DNA from: Coriobacteriales bacterium
GTDB taxonomy: Bacteria > Actinomycetota > Coriobacteriia > Coriobacteriales > CADBOM01
Reading direction: 5' to 3'
Assembly (NCBI GenBank): GCA_050946275.1
Contig: JBMNUM010000006.1
Coordinates: 28,173-92,172 of the forward strand
Length of the DNA: 64,000 nt
Part shown: positions 41,802 to 52,100 of the stretch, piece by piece
Layout: each line of letters begins with the position of its first letter
How positions within the stretch are numbered: the first letter of the stretch is position 1
Notes under the pieces: model-generated
Told to the model about the DNA's origin: nothing
Seen by the model: only the letters and a program-made list of their open reading frames with translations
Databases searched by the model: none
Made by a program: the position numbers and the translations under genes

Positions 41802-41807
41802 GAGACC

Positions 41808-42278
41808 ATGATGAGCACGGACACCGCAGCCGAGGCCGCGCGCGAGCCACGCGTGTTGAACTCGAACCAGATCCAGGAGATCATCCCGCATCGCTTCCCC
41901 TTCCAGCTCGTCGATCGCATCACCGATTACGAGCCGGGGCAGTGGGCGCATGGCATCAAATGCGTCTCCGCCAACGAGCAGTTCTTCTGCGGGCATTTCC
42001 CCGAGCATCACGTGATGCCCGGAGTGCTCATCCTCGAGGCACTCGCCCAGGTCGGCGCCATCGCGGCGTTGAGCCTTCCCGAGAACAAGGGCAAGCTCGC
42101 GTTCTTCGGTGGCGTGAAGAAATGCCGCTTCAAGTATCAGGTCACGCCCGGCGACGTGCTCGAGCTCCACTGCGAGCTCACCGAGCAGCGCGGTCCGCTG
42201 GGATATGGCACGGCGAAGGCGACCGTCGATGGCAAGGTCGCCTGCGTCGCGGAACTGACGTTCGCGATTGGAGAGTAG
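41808..42278 (+). CDS. fabZ: 3-hydroxyacyl-ACP dehydratase
   Basis: [28 protein letters not shown]. Confidence 0.96.
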   Translation: MMSTDTAAEAAREPRVLNSNQIQEIIPHRFPFQLVDRITDYEPGQWAHGIKCVSANEQFFCGHFPEHHVMPGVLILEALAQVGAIAALSLPENKGKLAFFGGVKKCRFKYQVTPGDVLELHCELTEQRGPLGYGTAKATVDGKVACVAELTFAIGE

Positions 42279-42280
42279 CC

Positions 42281-42847
42281 GTGGGCAAGGATCTTCAGGT
42301 GGAGGGCAGCGCCAGCGCCGCCGACCCGAACCGCTACCGCACTCTGGCCAACATGGTCGCCTACGCTCGCGCGCTGCGCACGGGCGAGTCTGCCGCCGGG
42401 TCGCTTGAGGAGGCGTTCATCTACGTCAACCTCAAGCTCAAGTTGAGCTTCTACCAACGCGTCATGAAGAATTTCGCGGATCGTCGCTCCACGCTCTCCG
42501 CCGACGAGGCATATTGCATGGAAGCCGTTTTCTCGCTTGGCAACCCGACCATCGGCGAGTTCGCCAGCTACGTGCAGATTTCTCCGCAAAACGCGGCATA
42601 CAAGGTCAACAACCTCGTGAAGAAGGGCTACCTCGTCAAGGAACGCGACGAGGAGGACAAGCGAGAGTACCACCTGCACGTCACGGACCGCTTCATGGAC
42701 TACTTCGCCATCTACAACGGCTACGTGTTCGACATCGTCGAACGTCTGAGGCAGCGTTATCCCGAGGAGGACGTGGAGAAGTTCACCGAGATGATGAACG
42801 CGGTCTCCGGCGAGCTCACCCCCGAGATAACCATCCCCGGCGAGTAG
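42281..42847 (+). CDS. MarR-family transcriptional regulator (candidate fab operon regulator)
   Basis: wHTH TIGEFASYVQISPQNAAYKVNNLVKKGYL...DKRE; last gene of the fab operon; GTG start. Confidence 0.8.
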   Translation: MGKDLQVEGSASAADPNRYRTLANMVAYARALRTGESAAGSLEEAFIYVNLKLKLSFYQRVMKNFADRRSTLSADEAYCMEAVFSLGNPTIGEFASYVQISPQNAAYKVNNLVKKGYLVKERDEEDKREYHLHVTDRFMDYFAIYNGYVFDIVERLRQRYPEEDVEKFTEMMNAVSGELTPEITIPGE

Positions 42848-42881
42848 CGGAAAAAGACACCCCCTTCGTTCCACTCCGAGG

Positions 42882-44234
42882 CTACGCCGCCCTCCCCAGC
42901 CGCTTGTCCTTGCGGACGGGCCACCATCGGTTGTGGATGATCTGCTCCTCGGCGAGTTCTTCGGGAAGGGACGGATTATCCGGCGCGGGCTTCTCCTCCA
43001 CATCGAGGGAGAATATCCTCATGTCGTTGTCCTGGCAGACTCTCGCAAGGGGCCGATAGCGCTCGATGCCGAGTAACTGCAGTTCCATGACGCCCATCTG
43101 CCTGACAAGGGAGGATGCGTCGCGGATGCCGACGGGGTAGCAAACGATGGTCCCGATGTTTCCGAAGAACGCATCGAGGAGCTCGTCGGTCTTGCTGCCG
43201 GTTCGAGGGTCGATCACGCGTAGCTGCTCGAGGTTCTGGAAGGCGAGGGTGAACCCCACGCGGTACTTGCGCGACTCCGCCAACAGCGCGGCGAACTCGC
43301 GGCTCGCGTGCTCGCCGAATTCGTCGACGTACACGAAGAACGGGTCCAGCTCTCGGCTCTCGACGATACCCCCGCATATGCCGTAGGGTCCGCTATCCAC
43401 CGCTGCGCGTCGCTGCATTATCGCGTCTTCGAGCTGCATCAGCAGCCACTTGCGAAGGATGAAGGCCGCGTCATGGCCGATACGGCTCTCGGGGATGACG
43501 GCGACGAGGATCTTCCCCTCGTCGACGATCGATTTGATGTCGACGGTTTTCTTGTCTGGCGCGAAGATGTTGCGAAGCACACGATCGCTCGTGAAGGGCT
43601 TCAGCTTCGAGAGGAACCATTGCACCATGTCGGTGTGGTCGGTCGTGTCGCGGTTGCGCAGCTCGTTGCACCATTGGTCGAGCAGGTGCATGTCGGTGAT
43701 CTCGCGAGTCGCTTCGTGGGCATAGTCGGAGTTCGTGTACAGCCTCTCGATCACCTCGATGCCTCGCTTTCCGCCGTAACCCGGTGCGAACATGATCTCG
43801 AGCGCGAGGCGCGCGAGGTGGGCGAAGCGCGGACCGGCCCAGTCGCTTTGACACTGGCACTTTAGCAGCTCGACAGTGTCGTCGATCGCCTTCGAGACAG
43901 CTGCCTCATCGCTGTCGTCGACATCGAGCGGGTTCATGCAGGGGAGAAAGCGCGTGTTCGTCGGGTCGACGATGATGACGTCGCCCATTCGCTCTTCGGG
44001 AACGCACATGAGCGGATAGAGGGCATCCTCCTCGTGCGCTGCGATGATGGCGATTCCCGCACCGTTGCGTATATCCTCGCGCTCCATCTGCAGGATGTGG
44101 TTTGATTTGCCGCTACCCGTCCGGCCGATGATGGCCGTGTGGCGGAAGCGATCCTCGTTGAACTGGAACACCCAGCTCCCGTTATCGAAGCCGAGCGTCA
44201 CGCCGAACGAGAGGTTGTCGTAATTTGCATTCAT
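42882..44234 (-). CDS. VirD4/TraG coupling protein-like (HerA/FtsK superfamily) P-loop ATPase
   Basis: RHTAIIGRTGSGKS (Walker A), NPLD, VYVDEF (Walker B), ESRKYRVGFTLAFQNLEQL; RBS GAAAGGAGG. Confidence 0.85.
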   Translation of the reverse strand: MNANYDNLSFGVTLGFDNGSWVFQFNEDRFRHTAIIGRTGSGKSNHILQMEREDIRNGAGIAIIAAHEEDALYPLMCVPEERMGDVIIVDPTNTRFLPCMNPLDVDDSDEAAVSKAIDDTVELLKCQCQSDWAGPRFAHLARLALEIMFAPGYGGKRGIEVIERLYTNSDYAHEATREITDMHLLDQWCNELRNRDTTDHTDMVQWFLSKLKPFTSDRVLRNIFAPDKKTVDIKSIVDEGKILVAVIPESRIGHDAAFILRKWLLMQLEDAIMQRRAAVDSGPYGICGGIVESRELDPFFVYVDEFGEHASREFAALLAESRKYRVGFTLAFQNLEQLRVIDPRTGSKTDELLDAFFGNIGTIVCYPVGIRDASSLVRQMGVMELQLLGIERYRPLARVCQDNDMRIFSLDVEEKPAPDNPSLPEELAEEQIIHNRWWPVRKDKRLGRAA

Positions 44235-44589
44235 GGAACCTCCTTTCGATAGAGGGTGAGTCGATGAGTCAAAAGAAGGCGATCCTCGAGGGCGATCCTC
44301 CTTTGATTTGTTTGTCGCCACGGGTGCGGCGCCCTTCGCGTATCAGCTCGCTAGCTTGGCTGCCAGGGGACTCTACGCGGCTCCGGCTCCGCGTTCTCGG
44401 TGCTTGTGCGCTATGCGGTTGTCAAGGTGCGTCGTGTCCCAGGGCGCACGTATCCCATCGCACGCCGAACGAGAGCAAGGACCGGCAAGGCGCATGCCGC
44501 ATGAGGGCATACGTCTCCCAACCCATGAATGACTTGAATTCGAATGACTGATTGAATTTATTGAACCGGCTGCTCGAACCGGGGAGACC

Positions 44590-44618
44590 ATCCTAGAGCA
44601 CTGAATGTCTACCGTCAA
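44590..44618 (-). promoter_or_regulatory. Putative promoter for the ATPase leader transcript
   Basis: Minus strand TTGACG, 17 nt, TAGGAT. Confidence 0.6.
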
Positions 44619-44712
44619 GGGTGTATTTTGGAGCACCTCGCGCGTTCAGGCGGAAAATCTGGTTTACCATAGGCTCGAGGAATAACAGAGGCGTGAGAGA
44701 AGAGGCGCGACC

Positions 44713-44985
44713 ATGCATTACAGATTCGTTCCCAAGGGCGTGTGTCCGAGAATCATGGAGTTCGACCTGAGCAGCGACGGAAAGATCTCGAATCTGTCTT
44801 CCCGCGGCGGCTGCTCCGGCAACCTGAAAGCCATCAGCAAGCTCCTCGAGGGAAGGGACGCCGAGGAAATCATCGAGATTCTCGCGGGAAACACCTGCGG
44901 GCCCCGACCCACCTCCTGTGCAGACCAGCTGACGATCGGGCTCCGCGCGGCGCTCGATGGCGAGCTCCAGCCCGTGGAGGAATAA
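44713..44985 (+). CDS. TSCPD domain protein (TIGR03905-like)
   Basis: KGVC...GGCSGNLKAISKLLEG...CGPRPTSCADQL. Confidence 0.88.
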   Translation: MHYRFVPKGVCPRIMEFDLSSDGKISNLSSRGGCSGNLKAISKLLEGRDAEEIIEILAGNTCGPRPTSCADQLTIGLRAALDGELQPVEE

Positions 44986-45032
44986 TCTCACGGCTGTCGA
45001 ACCGTCGATGAGAGCGAGAAAAGAGAGCCATC

Positions 45033-45470
45033 ATGTCGAACAACGCTGACGTTCAGCCCGACCCCATCAGCGAGGAGCTCGATGCCCTCACGTGTGATGC
45101 GATAGGCGATGCCCTCGACAAGCTTGCCGAGGGCGAGGGTATCTGGCCCACGCTCTTGCTGCTCAGCCACCATGGCGAGCGCGAGTCCTTCACGTTCGAG
45201 GACGACGGACTCGATGTCTGCCTGCTTCAAGCACGCGCTGCCGTGCAGGAGTTCGGGGATGAGCACACGCAGTGCTATGCGCTCTACTATGACGGCTTCT
45301 TCCAGGACGGCGACCAGCTTGCCAACAACGCCCTCGTCGTCGAGTTCGGCGAACGTGGTTCCGCAAGCGCCTATTCCGCTATCGTCCCCTACGGCAACGC
45401 AGGCTCTCCGGAGGATTTCTGGTACGACGAACCCTTCGCCGGCGGCGAGGAGGAGAACCTGCTGGTCTAA
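45033..45470 (+). CDS. Acidic hypothetical protein (paralog of 59925-60503)
   Basis: Good codon usage; shared YDG and E[FV]G motifs with the 59925 protein. Confidence 0.75.
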   Translation: MSNNADVQPDPISEELDALTCDAIGDALDKLAEGEGIWPTLLLLSHHGERESFTFEDDGLDVCLLQARAAVQEFGDEHTQCYALYYDGFFQDGDQLANNALVVEFGERGSASAYSAIVPYGNAGSPEDFWYDEPFAGGEEENLLV

Positions 45471-45512
45471 GGGTTGATGGCGGGAAGCACGATGCGAGTG
45501 AAGAAGGCGTAG

Positions 45513-46847
45513 ATGCGCAAGCCGAACGAGCGATTGGTCAACTGGTTCTTCCGGACGCTCTGCCGCGTCCAGAGCATCACCATGTCCGCGCGCCTCAACG
45601 CCGCGCAGCTCGTGAGCGTCATCATCGGTGCCGCCATCGTCGCGTTCGAGATCATCACGAGCATCGGCGACTCCGTGTTCGGAATGGGTGCTCCGATCAT
45701 CTTCATCGGTATCTTGGCGATCATCGTGCCTGCGCTCAACGAGATCCTGACGATCCGCCGGAACAACGTCAGCCACATCATCAACACCAGCAGGATGTAC
45801 CACGACGGCGTCATCGACCGCCTCTCGCTCTCGCCCGAGTACGAGGAGTCGGGATACCGCAAGCGGCCCTACGACGACTGCGGCACCACCGAATGGCACG
45901 TCGACAGCCTCCAGGTCAACGCCATGCTCCTCGAGGGTTCGGTCGATGCGGACAAGGCGCTTCCCCTGACGGAGAAGAAGCCCGCGTTCAGTCTGCCCGA
46001 CGAGGTTCGGCCTCTGGCATCCGGCATCATCAAGCGCATGCTGCAGGGCTCGAAGAACCGCCGCTTCTTCAACGGCAAGCTCACGCGCCTCGGCAGCGAT
46101 CTCCTCGTCGACTCGTGGGATTCGACGATTGTTCAGAAGACGAGGTACTTCGACGGCCAGTGCACGCACGAGATCGTCTACAAGCGCGTGTCGAACACCG
46201 ACTCCCTCGAGGACAACTTCCTCGGCGAGAGGCTTCTGCTCGATGATGGCGACTGCATGGTCGGGCTGTGGGCGAGCCGTTGCGCGAACTTCATGGGGTC
46301 GTCGACGATCGCCATCACATCGGACGGCTATCTGCTCGTCGGCACGCAGGGAGGCCAGTCGATGGCCAACGCCAACAGGCTGGCGCCTTCGGGATCGGGA
46401 TCGGTCGAATACTCCGACTTCACGAAGCTGAAGGCGTCTCCAGATGCGAACACGCTGCAGAACCTCGTCATCCGCGCAGCCGAGAGGGAGCTTCGCGAGG
46501 AGTGCGCGCTGCCAGAAGGAGCCGGGTTGCGAAGCCGCGTCATCGGCTACACGCGGCTGCTCGAACGCGGTGGCAAGCCCGATTTCTTCTGCGTGACGCG
46601 CATCGGCATCACCGAGGCCGAGGTGATGGAGAGCTTCGAGCAGCGCCAGCGAGCCGCTGAGGTCGCACTGGGCTGCAGGCCGATCTCGGTTAAGGTTGCG
46701 GAGGACCAGACCGCATCCGCCGCCCTTTTCGGATTCCTGGACGAAGTGCGTCGCGAAACACCCGACAAGCACCGCATCTCGATCCAGCTCCAGCTGTGCG
46801 CCGAGTATCTCGAGGCCGCCGAGCCGATTCTCGGTTCGTGGCTGTAG
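45513..46847 (+). CDS. Two-TM membrane protein with C-terminal NUDIX-like domain
   Basis: Two N-terminal hydrophobic helices; GSSTIAITSDGYLLV...APSGSGSVE...AAERELREEC (degenerate Nudix box). Confidence 0.7.
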   Translation: MRKPNERLVNWFFRTLCRVQSITMSARLNAAQLVSVIIGAAIVAFEIITSIGDSVFGMGAPIIFIGILAIIVPALNEILTIRRNNVSHIINTSRMYHDGVIDRLSLSPEYEESGYRKRPYDDCGTTEWHVDSLQVNAMLLEGSVDADKALPLTEKKPAFSLPDEVRPLASGIIKRMLQGSKNRRFFNGKLTRLGSDLLVDSWDSTIVQKTRYFDGQCTHEIVYKRVSNTDSLEDNFLGERLLLDDGDCMVGLWASRCANFMGSSTIAITSDGYLLVGTQGGQSMANANRLAPSGSGSVEYSDFTKLKASPDANTLQNLVIRAAERELREECALPEGAGLRSRVIGYTRLLERGGKPDFFCVTRIGITEAEVMESFEQRQRAAEVALGCRPISVKVAEDQTASAALFGFLDEVRRETPDKHRISIQLQLCAEYLEAAEPILGSWL

Positions 46848-46971
46848 AGGGCCGGAACGCTCCTCGGGCGAGCGTTCCACATGCCGCATTCGCAGTCCCT
46901 ACGTGTGCTATACGGCGGTATCCTAATCAACTGTGGTTATGCACGGATTAGGAATCAGGGGAACTTCAAAC

Positions 46972-48783
46972 ATGGATTACAAGGGTATTCGCAACGTTGC
47001 CATCATCGCTCATGTCGATCATGGCAAGACGACGATGGTCGACCGCATTCTGCAGGCAACGGGAGTGTTCCGCTCCAACCAGGATGTGCCCGACCAGGTA
47101 CTCGATTCCAATGACCAGGAGCGCGAGCGTGGCATCACGATCCTGTCGAAGAACGTGTCCGTGCGCTACAAGGATGTGAAGATCAACATCATCGACACCC
47201 CCGGCCACTCCGACTTCGGCGGTGAGGTTGAGCGCGTTCTCAACATGGCCGATGGTGCTCTTGTCATCGTCGATGCCTTCGAGGGCCCCATGCCGCAGAC
47301 GCGCTTCGTGCTGCGCAAGGCGCTCGAGCTCGGCCTGCGTCCCGTGCTCGTCGTGAACAAGATCGACCGCCCCGGCGCGCGTCCCGAGGAAGTGCTCGAC
47401 GATGTGTTCGACCTCATGATCGATCTCAACGCAACCGACGAGCAACTCGATTTCCCCGTCGTCTACACGTCCGCAGCCGAGGGGTATGCGCGCTTTGACC
47501 CGAAGGACGGCAACGACGACATGACGCCGTTGCTCGACACGATTCTCGAGTCGGTTCCCGAGCCGAGCTATGACAACGACGGCCCGATCGCCATGCAGAT
47601 CTGCACGGTGTCGCATTCGAACTTCGTCGGCCGCATCGGCATCGGTCGCCTGCATTCCGGTCATCTTGCAAACAAGCAGACCGTACTCGTGAAGAAGCCC
47701 GACGGCTCCAGCCGCGAGGTGCTCATCAAGCAGCTCTACACGTTCGAGGCCCTCGGTCAGGTGGAGTGCGAGGAGGCGTTCGCCGGCGACATCGTCGCCA
47801 TCGTGGGCATCGATGATGCGGACATCGGCGACATGGTCACCTCTCCTGACAACCCTGTCGACCTACCCCCGATCACGATCGAGGAGCCGACGATGGCCGT
47901 CGTGTTCGAGGCCTCGACGAGTCCGCTCGTCGGGCAGGAGGGCGACATCGTGGGCGCCCGCCAGCTGAAGGAGCGCCTGATGCGCGAGGCCGAGTCGAAC
48001 GTCACGATGCGCATCGAGGAGCTCGAGGACAAGAGCGGCATCGAGGTCGCCGGGCGCGGTGTGCTCCACCTCTCCGTCCTTATGGAGACCATGCGTCGCG
48101 AGGGTTACGAGTTCCAGGTGGGACGTCCCCGTGTTCTCTACAAGAAGGCCGATGATGGCACGAAGCTCGAGCCCATCGAGGAAGCCACCATCGAGGTCCT
48201 CAACGAATATGCCGGCAAGTGCATCGAGACGATGGGCAACGCCGGTGGCGAGATGGTCGACATGGTGAGCCGCGAGGAGCAGACGTTCATGACGTTCCAC
48301 ATCCCGACCCGCGGTGTCATGGGTCTGGCGACGAAGCTCATGAACGTGAGCCACGGCGAGGCCATCTTCTCGCACCGATTCCTCGAGTACGATGTGTTCC
48401 GCGGCGAGCTGACCGGTCGCAAGAACGGCGTGATGGTCGCGATGTACAACGACAAGGCCGTCGCTTACGCCCTCGACACGCTCCAGACCCGAGGCATCAT
48501 GTTCGTCGGCCCGGGCGACCAGTGCTACGAGGGAATGATCGTCGGCGAGCACGCGAAGGAAAACGACCTCGTCGTGAACGTCTCCAAGACCAAGCAGCTC
48601 ACGAACACCCGCGCGGCGTCTGCCGACAAGGCGATCCTGCTCACGCCTCCGACGACCTTCACCCTCGAGGAGGCGCTCGAGTACATCCAGGATGACGAGC
48701 TCGTCGAGATCACGCCGCAGACAATCCGCATGCGCAAGCGCATTCTCAGCAAGGTCGATCGCCGCAAGGCAGCTCGCGTGTAG
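46972..48783 (+). CDS. typA: Translational GTPase TypA/BipA
   Basis: [47 protein letters not shown]. Confidence 0.97.
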   Translation: MDYKGIRNVAIIAHVDHGKTTMVDRILQATGVFRSNQDVPDQVLDSNDQERERGITILSKNVSVRYKDVKINIIDTPGHSDFGGEVERVLNMADGALVIVDAFEGPMPQTRFVLRKALELGLRPVLVVNKIDRPGARPEEVLDDVFDLMIDLNATDEQLDFPVVYTSAAEGYARFDPKDGNDDMTPLLDTILESVPEPSYDNDGPIAMQICTVSHSNFVGRIGIGRLHSGHLANKQTVLVKKPDGSSREVLIKQLYTFEALGQVECEEAFAGDIVAIVGIDDADIGDMVTSPDNPVDLPPITIEEPTMAVVFEASTSPLVGQEGDIVGARQLKERLMREAESNVTMRIEELEDKSGIEVAGRGVLHLSVLMETMRREGYEFQVGRPRVLYKKADDGTKLEPIEEATIEVLNEYAGKCIETMGNAGGEMVDMVSREEQTFMTFHIPTRGVMGLATKLMNVSHGEAIFSHRFLEYDVFRGELTGRKNGVMVAMYNDKAVAYALDTLQTRGIMFVGPGDQCYEGMIVGEHAKENDLVVNVSKTKQLTNTRAASADKAILLTPPTTFTLEEALEYIQDDELVEITPQTIRMRKRILSKVDRRKAARV

Positions 48784-48785
48784 AG

Positions 48786-48815
48786 TTCCGGCTGTTCTTG
48801 AACGAACAGCTGGAA
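48786..48815 (+). terminator. Hairpin directly after typA
   Basis: TTCCGGCTGTTC-TTGAAC-GAACAGCTGGAA; no U-tract. Confidence 0.45.
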
Positions 48816-49014
48816 GCGCTCGACGCTGCGCGGCCATCCAGCACGCCATCTTCGCCCGATCCAAGAACCTCGCGGGCATGAGCCCTGCGAGAACCTTGGC
48901 TCGGGCGAATCTGTCGCACTGGGCTGGCCGCTCGCTGACGTTACGAACAATCCCCACTCTCTGGATGATTTCGTGCTTGCTGCGCTTCATGGAAACACCC
49001 CCGTTTACCGGGGG

Positions 49015-49076
49015 TGTTAAGGTTTTGTTCAGATTGTGGTCAGGGTCTGTTCAGCTTCTGTTCAGATCTGGTTTAG
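49015..49076 (+). promoter_or_regulatory. Array of six 11-bp phased direct repeats (TGTTCAG consensus)
   Basis: TGTTAAG 49015, TGTTCAG 49026, TGGTCAG 49037, TGTTCAG 49048, TGTTCAG 49059, GGTTTAG 49070. Confidence 0.75.
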
Positions 49077-49160
49077 AAATCTCAAGTGAATCGGTTAGAA
49101 ACGCCTCCTAGACTTTTCGCTCACACCAGCCGGACCGTGAGACGAAAGGACTAAAAGCCG

Positions 49161-52100
49161 ATGTTACAGACCAACTTCTTGCCGGGCTCCCGGGTGAGTC
49201 GCATGGCGCTCGCCGCGATAGCGATTGCCGTTCTGCTCTGCCTCGGATTGCTGCCATCGTGGACGAGCAGCGCCTACGCCGACACCACCTACCATGCCTA
49301 TGCGCGGGGAATCCAGCGCTTGGTGATGGGATATGTCGATGGGAACGGCCAATCGCACACATGGAACGAATCCGTGCGCGCAGTCGATGAGGATGCAGAC
49401 GGCGTCAACATCAGCACCGTCGCATACTGCGCCGACCTCTGGACCTCTCCGCCGCCGACCGGCACGGTGCGCCGAGGCGACCTTCGCGAGCTCTACTCCC
49501 AGGACAAGATCGACAAGATGGCGCTCGTGAATGTCTTCGTCGACCAGCACAGCGATATCTTCTACGACGACACCTACGACGAGTCGTTCCGCCTGTTCTT
49601 CCGCCAGATGGCCTACTGGAAGATCCAGAACATGGACAACGGCAAGCTACGGGACACGTTCCTCGAGGATTCGGAGCGCTTTGGCATGACGAAGGCAGAG
49701 GTCGATGCGCTCTATGACCAGGTGCTTGCGTTCATCAACGACCCGACCAACCGCGCTCGATATGTAGGTCACGGTTACGCCTACTTCGGGCCGGCGGGCA
49801 CTCAGAACCTCATGAAGGTCTGGTACGAGCGCAAGCCCACCGTCGAAATCACGAAAACCGCGGCGGGAGGCCAGCTGCTCCCGGGGCAGAGCCTGTCTGG
49901 TGCGGAGTACACCGTATACAGGAACGAAAACCTGACGGGGAAGGTCGAGACCGTGTCAGTAGGTGCAAACGGCATCGGCAAGGGCTCGGCATGCTATGAC
50001 AGCGGGACGTATTTCGTGAAGGAGATGAAGGCGCCCAGGAACTTCACCCTCGATGAGACTGTCTACAAGCTCGTGGTCAAGACCGGCAAGACGACGGCCA
50101 CAGTGAAGCTTCAGGTGCAGGATTTCCCCCAGGGCAAGCTGTCAATTAGGAAGACCTCGGCCGTGCCCGCGACGACCGACGGGAACCCCTGCTATTCGTT
50201 TGAGGGGGCGACGTTCGATATCTACGCCGATAGCGAGCTGACGAACAAGGTGTCGACCATCACCGTTAACAAGGACGGGTACGGAGAATCGGACTATCTC
50301 GAGGCGTCATCGGGCAAGACGTCCGGGAAGCGCTACTACATCCGCGAGCAACAGGGGTCACGGGGGAGCAACTACGCGTGGAACGATACCGTGTACGAGG
50401 CCAACGCCATGCCGGGGCGGATTGTGGCCGTCGGACCGGGAGGCAAGATCGACAACGTGCCGCAGGTCGACATGATCGGCGTGTTCCTGAACAAGATCGA
50501 TATCGAGACGGGAGCTCCGGTCGCGCAGGGCGATGCGACACTCGCAGGCGCCCGCTTCAAGGTGGAGTATTTTGCAAACGAGAGCGGGGACACGACGACC
50601 GCTCCCGCCCGCACGTGGACCTTCACCACCGATGAGCAAGGACGCCTCGACCTCCAAAACGCCGACCCCGAGGGCGACGCCCCCTTCAGGTCGCACGATG
50701 GCCAGACAAACGTCTTCCCCGTCGGCACATACCGGATAGCCGAAGTCGCTCCTCCCACGGGATATCTTCTTCCCTCCGTGGACCGGCATGGAGATAACGA
50801 TGGCCCATGGACCGTGCGGGTGACCGGCGATGGGTCGGTGATGGGAGAGCAGATTGCCACGTTCAATGGCGGAGACGAGGCGGTCGTTCAACGCGAGCAG
50901 GTCATTCGTGGAGACCTGGAACTCATCAAGGTTGCCGAAGACGGTATGCAGCGCCTTGCGGGGCAACCCTTCATCCTCAAGTCGAACACGACGGGAGAGA
51001 TGCATGTTGTCGTGACCGATGAGAACGGGTGCATCTCGACGGCATCCGACTGGAATTCGCACGAGGCGACCACGAACGCGAACGATCCCCTGGGGGCGAA
51101 CGGGGGCCGATTCGACGGAACGTCCAACGGTGCAGTTGCCATCGCCGAGGACGGATCGTGGTATGTCGCCGACGAGTCGAAGCTCGATGCATCGAGCGGC
51201 GTGTGGTTTGGTCTGGACTCCGCGGGGAACTGGACCGAGAGAGCGTCGGACGACGAGGGAGCCCTTCCCTATGACGGGGCCTACGAGCTCATCGAACTTC
51301 CCTGCGCGGCAAACGAGGGGCTGAAGACGGTCGATATCCACAACATCGCCGTGCGTCGCGACGGGCGAGTCGTCGACATGGGCACGATCGACGACAGCCG
51401 GGGGCCACGCATCAGGACACAGGCGCACGACGGGGCGACCATGACCCACGTAGGGTCGCTCTCGCAGGAGTGCACGCTTGTCGATACCGTATCCTACGAG
51501 GGTCTTGATGCGGATCAGGAGTATGTGCTGAAGGCTCGTCTCATGAACGCGGAGACTGGCGAGCCGGTAACGGAAGGCGGCGAGGGGGTCGAGGGGAGCG
51601 CGACGTTCACTCCGCAGTCATCCTTCGGCACCGTTGAGGTCCCGATCAGTCTCGACGCCAGCGAGCTACAAGGTGCCTCGACCGTCATTTTCGAGAGCCT
51701 CGTCGAGGCATCGTCGGGCAAGGAAATCGCCTCGCACGCAGATCTGGAAGACGAGGGTCAGAGCATCGAGTTTCCACCTGAGGTTAAAACGAGCGCTGTC
51801 GATGCGGCAGACGGTGACAGGAACATCTCGCCTTCCGGCACGCAAAGCATCGTCGACACGGTAACGTATCGTGGGTTGAAAGCAGGCCAGGAGTACACGA
51901 TTCGAGGTACGCTCGTTGACAAGGAGACGGGAGCTACGCTCCTCGCACCCGATGCGACCGCCATCACAGCCGAGGTCGCGTTCACGCCCGAGGAGCCCGA
52001 CGGCACCATCGATGTGGTTTTCGAGTTCGGTGCATCGATGCTGGCCGGCAAGACGACGGTTGTCTTCGAGGAACTGCTCCTCGAGGAGAGAAGCGTTTGC

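Noticed and set aside
44373-44636. 87-aa ORF in the ATPase leader
   Set aside because: It starts upstream of the predicted promoter, has no convincing RBS and has atypical composition; treated as non-coding, although a short peptide cannot be excluded.
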